DNA of 26,509 nucleotides from Spirogloea muscicola (taxonomy: Eukaryota). Positions 21,720 through 26,509 of the stretch are shown in pieces. Every line of letters starts with the position of its first letter. The stretch's first letter is position 1. The stretch spans positions 414,524 to 441,032 of the forward strand of contig WELB01000018.1 in assembly GCA_009602725.1 (NCBI GenBank), in the 5' to 3' direction. The position numbers and the translations under genes are program-made. The notes under the pieces are model-generated. The model did not search any database. It was not told where the DNA came from and saw only the letters and a list, made by a program, of their open reading frames with translations.

Positions 21720-23120
21720 CTGAAAACCGGACAGCACATTCCAAACCCTTCTGCCACCATCCAGTGTTTGTCCAGCTGTCTGTTGCAAAGCCTGAGCCCG
21801 AGCTGGCTGCAAACAGGAGCTGACACATGAGGGCGCAAGAACGACAGATGTGCTGCCGGCAAGCCCATCCTCTACCCGGAAGTGCATCCTCACGGCGTGC
21901 ATAGTCTAGAATAGCAGTAAGTTTGAGTAGAGTATGGGACTGAGGACCTATGACCCAAAGATGTCGATTGCGGCTTGTAGGTGGTCATTGCAGCGGAGGA
22001 GGCCGTAGTACTTGTGTATAAGAGGAATGCAATGCGGCTGCTAGTAGCATCTCCGACTTTTGGCTCTTGACTCGCGTTTGAAGTGTAACGATCATACCCC
22101 TGTACACACAGTTAAGGGTCAGAGCGTCCTTATTGACTTCGGTCATAGGGAAAGTAAGGGGCAAACCTCCTACACAATGTAGCGCCAGCGAACACAGAGC
22201 AGCGAAGTCTTACACTGAAGGCACCACTAGCAGGTGGTGACGTCACCTGTGACGACATCACATGTGACGATGTGACGGCAGCTTTAGCCTGTCCATTCTT
22301 TTCAGACTGGCTTTTCACAGCCCTTTCTTTTCTCAGCCCTCACTCCCTTTGGATGAGCTTACGTTAGAACTGCCTGACCAACCGAATATCACCTGTTTTC
22401 GGTGGACTGTCTGCATGTTAGCATGTAATCAAGGCCGGCAGCAGTCTAGAAGTGGAAGTTGATTTTGTGCTCACTGTCAAATTTTGTGTTACTTATCATT
22501 AATGCTTTTTGTTCGCTTTTCTCTGCTCCTGCGTTGAGGACTGATCATTGACCTGATCGGCAGACTCGAGTACACCACAGAAGCCCTGCAACCGACAACA
22601 CTGCCAAGTGATATGTTGGTAGAAGGAATCTGGTGGACTGATCAAGCAACCTCCATTCCCTTTGTGCACGGAGTCACACTGCCGGCGGCCAGTTCGCGGT
22701 AGACCTGCAAGCCATCTATAGAACAAAACCACCAAGAGGTTCGTGCGTCACGCCACCTTAGGTGCAACAGCACTTGCAAGCTGGTGTGTTGTCTACATGT
22801 GTGTGTCAGCCAGCCTACGGCCGACTGTCTGTGTGCTGTTGAGGTTGCTGTAGGAGCTTGCTTGGCTTGCTTGTGCTGTGCTTTGATGGTAGCAGCAGTG
22901 CCGGAGCTGCAGCAAGTGCAGGACTGGCCAATGCTCCCCTAGGGCAAGAGTACGTGCAAGATATCTTGCGGACTGGACGCGGATGAAGAGGGCGTATCCC
23001 GTGGGAGCCTTGCGGTGCCCACTCTGCCATCGGGTCGATCGTTTTCACCTGTCGGTGAAGGAAAGCTCCTCGACATGACTCAGCGCACATGAGAGCAGCT
23101 TCAGCACCCGGGAGAAGAGA
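21720..23120 (-). pseudogene. Probable Mutator (MULE) transposase relic, interrupted by an LTR fragment
   Basis: Minus-strand motifs appear in MULE order: ISCTYSCPRG (~22965-22935; N-terminal Zn finger), FDSEHKINF and HRKQVIFG (~22480-22380; cf. FDxTYKTN...HHxQTIxFG), then CT...MGLP..HI and LDKHW (~21890-21760; SWIM-like). Many stops and frameshifts. Confidence 0.4.
22084..22280 (+). mobile_element. Partial LTR related to 4363-5116
   Basis: Starts TGTAACG and shares CACACAGTTA.GGGTCAGA.CGTCCT and CGCCAGCGAACACAG..GAAGTCTTAC.CTGA.GGCACC with the 4363 copy. No distal end or TSD found. A LINE 3'-end motif follows at ~22288-22330. Confidence 0.65.
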
Positions 23121-23152
23121 ACATCGATGGTGGAGCTCCTCCCGGTTATGTC

Positions 23153-23178
23153 CCTGCTGCTGCTGCTCCTGGTGCTCG

Positions 23179-23211
<33 letters not shown>
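23153..23211. repeat. Interrupted (CTG)n/(CAG)n trinucleotide repeat
   Basis: CTG runs at ~23154-23167 and ~23179-23211; reads as polyQ on the minus strand. Confidence 0.85.
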
Positions 23212-24437
23212 ACCACCAATGACTGCTGCTGGAGCTGAAACCGTCTTGATGTTTTTGTTGAAGAATAGAGTCAACCCTTCAACTAATAGTCCAGTGTAAG
23301 AGAAGCGCATGACAGGCAACTGTGTGCTACAAGCCTTTCGTACAGGAGAAGGAATGCTGGACGGGAGCCAAGACGGGGTGCATGTCATTTCAACGAGAAC
23401 TTGCAAGTTGTCTGCATTTGGCTGCTGGTGGCACTCGTGATTCTGATGGCAACTTCTATGTTCTGGCCCCAGTCGGATCTGCACGCCTGAAAGTTTTGAC
23501 CATCTAAGTTCATGCCCTCCTAAGCAAACTCCGCCAAAGTGGTGAGAATTTACCAGGTTGTGTAAGCTCTTGCCTTCAATGCGAGTGGAGGTGGATGTGC
23601 TGCCTAATGCGCGAAATGGAGGGTCAGCCAGAGGGAGGTCAGACTTTCCCAGACAGAGAAGCAGTGCTGCTCTTCAGGGACAGTCGATCACAGGTCATCA
23701 CTTCAGAATAAGCCGAAGAAGCATAGAATCACAATGACGAAGTGAGGACGGTCAGTGAGGGCCACCTTGGAGCATGCATCATTTATCGTGTAGCTGAGCT
23801 CATGGCAAGAGCAGATCCATTTACAGCAGCCTTAGTGCAGAGTGAGAGCCCCTCGGACACGCTGACGAGCTGAAGAAAAAATGTGGAGGTGCCCGTGTGC
23901 TGGAAAGTGCACATGGGAGTCCGCAGAAGGTGCAGTAATGATGGAATATGGCCAACTCGACGTGTCGATGACTTCCTGTGCAAGAGGGCGCCAGCAGGAG
24001 GGCGGCACAGTTGACTAAGTAATTAGAAGAAATGAGCTCTTCCACAGGGGGCAGGGGCTGTGAATAGCCAGCCCAGAAAGTCTGGCCAAGTTAGCAATCA
24101 AGCAAGGCAAAAGCCCCAAGACATCAAGAAACAGCAAAGACACTACACAGCTAAGTACCACTGTTCCGTGCTCTATGAAGATTTGTGGCGGCTACAGTAT
24201 TGAGTGGTCCTCCCTCCTCCATCGCTTGGCCTTTTATTTAATTCTAGGCTGACATATCACACCTCCAATCTGGGGCTCTCTGCCTCGAAGGCAGGACATG
24301 TAGCGCCAAGCGCCGCTGGTGACAAAGCGGCGAAGTATGCGGACCACCCGGCAGGGGACGACTTCGTCCCACTGACCGTCGATGTGCACGGGGTTTTCGG
24401 GTCTCAGTGGCTCGACCTGTTGGCCCGGCTTGCACAG

Positions 24438-24535
24438 CCTTACTTAGCTCTTCCTCTGGCCCCCTTCTCGTACTTTGTTCATTCTTTTTTGGGCTGGTTT
24501 TTCCAGCCCCTATCCTCAATGGGCGAGCCCTTCTC
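24438..24535 (+). mobile_element. 98-bp LINE 3'-end insertion (subfamily B) inside another LINE
   Basis: Flanked by the 9-bp direct repeat CTTGCACAG (24429-24437, 24536-24544); matches the UTR at 5715-5800 (-). Confidence 0.8.
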
Positions 24536-24602
24536 CTTGCACAGGTGTCCCACAGGCGAGGTGAGCAGACCGACTTCAACGCCGCTGGCTCGCTGGCTCG
24601 GG

Positions 24603-25286
24603 TGTCACGTTCGGACCTAAACAGGCAGGTTAGAGCCGAATGTGTCCTTATTGGATTGAGTGCTTGGGAGTTTAGGGACAACTACCCGCCACGAGGAAGC
24701 ACTCTGGCACAGCGGAAGACTTGCCCTGTGGTGATGCCGCTAAATAGCGGCTCCACCCACGGGCACACGCTGTAGCCTTACCTCCCGCAGGACGCCGCCA
24801 AGGTCTCCACAGCAGAGCCGGCAACGAGCCGCGCGGGGCAGCGGTCTACAGCAGCAGGCAGCCGCAAGGCTGCGCCTCTCCGAGCTTCACTGAGTCCCCA
24901 GCCCCCAAGGTCGGGTCTCTCTCGGCTCGTGCAATAGTCAGTGCTTCTCCGTGCCACCCGCCCTCCAGGGTGTATGGGGGTCGGCCCAAGGCTCGCCCAC
25001 GAGGAGCGTGCCTGACGAGGAAACCATGAGCTATCTCCAGCAGCCGCCATGGCGCCGAGCATGGCCGCGGGCGGCCATGCCGCAGGGGGCGTCCGGGCCC
25101 ACGCATGCCGCCGAGCATGTCTGGGCCGAGCATGACGGGAGCATGCGAGGCCACCCGGACGAACCTGGACGGAACGACAACGGCACGAGTGTCAGGGCGG
25201 TTCGTGCCGTCCGGCACAAACGGCAAATGAACACCAGGTAAGCGTTATCAACACCGTTAGGCGCTCACAAACCTGGGAACGTCACA
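24603..25286 (+). mobile_element. Solo LTR (684 bp), probably Ty3/Gypsy-type
   Basis: Imperfect terminal inverted repeats TGTCACGTTC...GAACGTCACA; TSD TCGGG/TTGGG (one C>T). It interrupts the LINE reading frame precisely and is distantly similar to 4363-5116 (CAGCGGAAG.CTT.CCCTG; GCCACC...AGGGTGT...GCCCAAGG). Confidence 0.8.
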
Positions 25287-25674
25287 TTGGGTCTTCCGCA
25301 TGCGCCTATTTACTTCCCTCCAGCAGTCCAAGGCCCACGCCTTGCATCTGCGTCCTGGCCGTGCTCTAGCTGCAGCCTCTGGCTTTCGTCAGGGGGATTG
25401 CTTTCCGGCTGCTATTCTTTCTGATGTGCGGCTCCTCACACGAGGTTACAAAGTGAGTATCCCACCGGGCAAGCTTTGAGAAAGCGCTTTTGGCCCCTTC
25501 GGACCTTGTCAATTCTTTTCGGGCTGGCTGTTCACTGCCCTTGCCCCCTTCTGGAGTAGCAACTTTCTTACTTTCCCACAGCCATCGCCTTACATGGAAA
25601 GAGCTCCTTCTTCTTCGCCTAGCTCACCTGGTTGACGCGCCGTCGTGGTTGAACCAGTTTGTTGGGGCATTTTA

Positions 25675-25938
25675 GAAAGAAGTGGCACTCCCAATGGGGG
25701 CAAGGGCTGCGAAAAGCCAGCCCAAAAAGAATTCACAAAGGTTCAGAGGGGCCTAAGAGCGGTGAGCAGCTACAAAGGAAGGGCTCGCCCATTGAGAATA
25801 GGGGCTGGACAAGGGGGCCTGAGGATGCAATGGTAAAACAGGGGGAGGGTGGATCACTAAATAAGCACGAGTGCCACTTCTTTCTTTCTTTCTCTAATAA
25901 GTACGAGTGAGGAGCCTCAGATCCGACAGACTAGCTGC
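25675..25938 (-). mobile_element. LINE 3' fragment (subfamily A) carrying two micro-insertions
   Basis: Same-strand match to 6440-6630, with extra sequence at 25779-25808 and ~25874-25894. Confidence 0.8.
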
Positions 25939-25974
25939 GAGCTTTTAGCTTTTAGAGTCCTGCAAGCACTAATT

Positions 25975-26165
25975 GCTCATTACATTATGCGGCTCTCCCT
26001 TAGTTTTGCATTTCCAGTCTCTAGCCATACATCAGCGTGATGGTCGCGCACCAAGCCAGGCCACTGGCTTGCGTAGTGGTGCTCCGGCGCCCCAGACTAT
26101 TTTGTCAGACATGTATGTGCTCACTGGTTTCCTTTCAGTTGTATTTTCTATTCTGTACCCTTAGC
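25975..26165 (+). mobile_element. Degenerate LINE 3' fragment (subfamily C)
   Basis: LAIHQRDGRAPSQATGLRSGAPAPQTILSDMYVLTG is similar to the peptide of 20948-21145. Confidence 0.65.
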
Positions 26166-26229
26166 CCTGTGACGTTCCTTGTTCTTCTTCAGACAGTGTA
26201 CTGGCGTGGTTTACCTCCCTCATATTTTG

Positions 26230-26509
26230 TGCGCACCGCGCGCCTTCTCTTCTCTTTTGGGCGCGCCCTTCTTTCTCCCAGCCACCGCCCTCTCCTGGTC
26301 TTCTCTCCCTCTTCGCTCCCCCCCCGCTCCCGACCGTTGGGCGTCCGCGCCCGTCGCTCGCGCCGCCGCCGTCGCCGCCGCCGGCGGCGACGGCGGCGGC
26401 TCCATTGCCCCCTGCTGCCGCCGGCTGGCGCGCTCGCTCCGCCGCGCTCATGGCCGCGCCAGGCCGCGGGGCTTCCTCGGGCGCCCCGCTCAAGGCTGCG
26501 CCAGGCTCC
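26230..26509 (+). other. Very GC-rich segment, possibly the 5'UTR and first exon of the next gene (ATG at 26450)
   Basis: A pyrimidine tract, then GCC-rich sequence, then ctcATGG reading MAAPGRGASSGAPLKAAPGS to the window edge. It resembles the GC-rich 5' region at 7100-7300. No recognisable domain. Confidence 0.25.

Larger units (their letters stand above)
24285..25570 (+). mobile_element. LINE 3' fragment split by two nested insertions
   Basis: AGHVAPSAAGDKAAKYADHPAGDDFVPLTVDVHGVFGSQWLDLLARLAQ|VSHRRGEQTDFNAAGSLAR|VFRMRLFTSLQQSKAHALHLRPGRALAAASGFRQGDCFPAAILSDVRLLTRGY becomes contiguous after removing 24438-24544 and 24603-25291. Confidence 0.8.

Noticed and set aside
4363..22280. The LTRs at 4363 and 22084 as two ends of a single element
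   Set aside because: The 4363 LTR has its own perfect TSD on both sides and the copies are clearly diverged.
26168..26178. TGTGACGTTCC, the reverse complement of the LTR end at 25276-25286
   Set aside because: The match does not extend beyond 11 bp, which is not enough to call another LTR.

Overview
Eukaryotic, intron-rich genomic DNA; a green or streptophyte alga is my inference from GC content and intron style. The centre (~7.2-20.1 kb, + strand) holds one large gene of about 30 exons and ~2,300 aa by manual splicing. It encodes a bacterial-type alpha-2-macroglobulin (YfhM/YfaS-like) protein that lacks a canonical CxEQ thioester and ends in an EGF-like module, a transmembrane helix and a short basic tail. 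One of its introns carries a ~40-bp piece of the 5' end of a bacterial/organellar 16S-type rRNA. Both flanks are nested transposon debris. They contain many 5'-truncated copies of a CRE-like (restriction-like endonuclease) non-LTR retrotransposon, some only 9-100 nt long with target-site duplications (TSDs). They also contain two solo LTRs with 5-bp TSDs, a partial third LTR, two probable Mutator/SWIM transposase relics, and a ~500-bp dispersed repeat present at both 1-560 and 20320-20790. Most ORFs in the supplied track are shadows of these elements or unspliced exon read-through.
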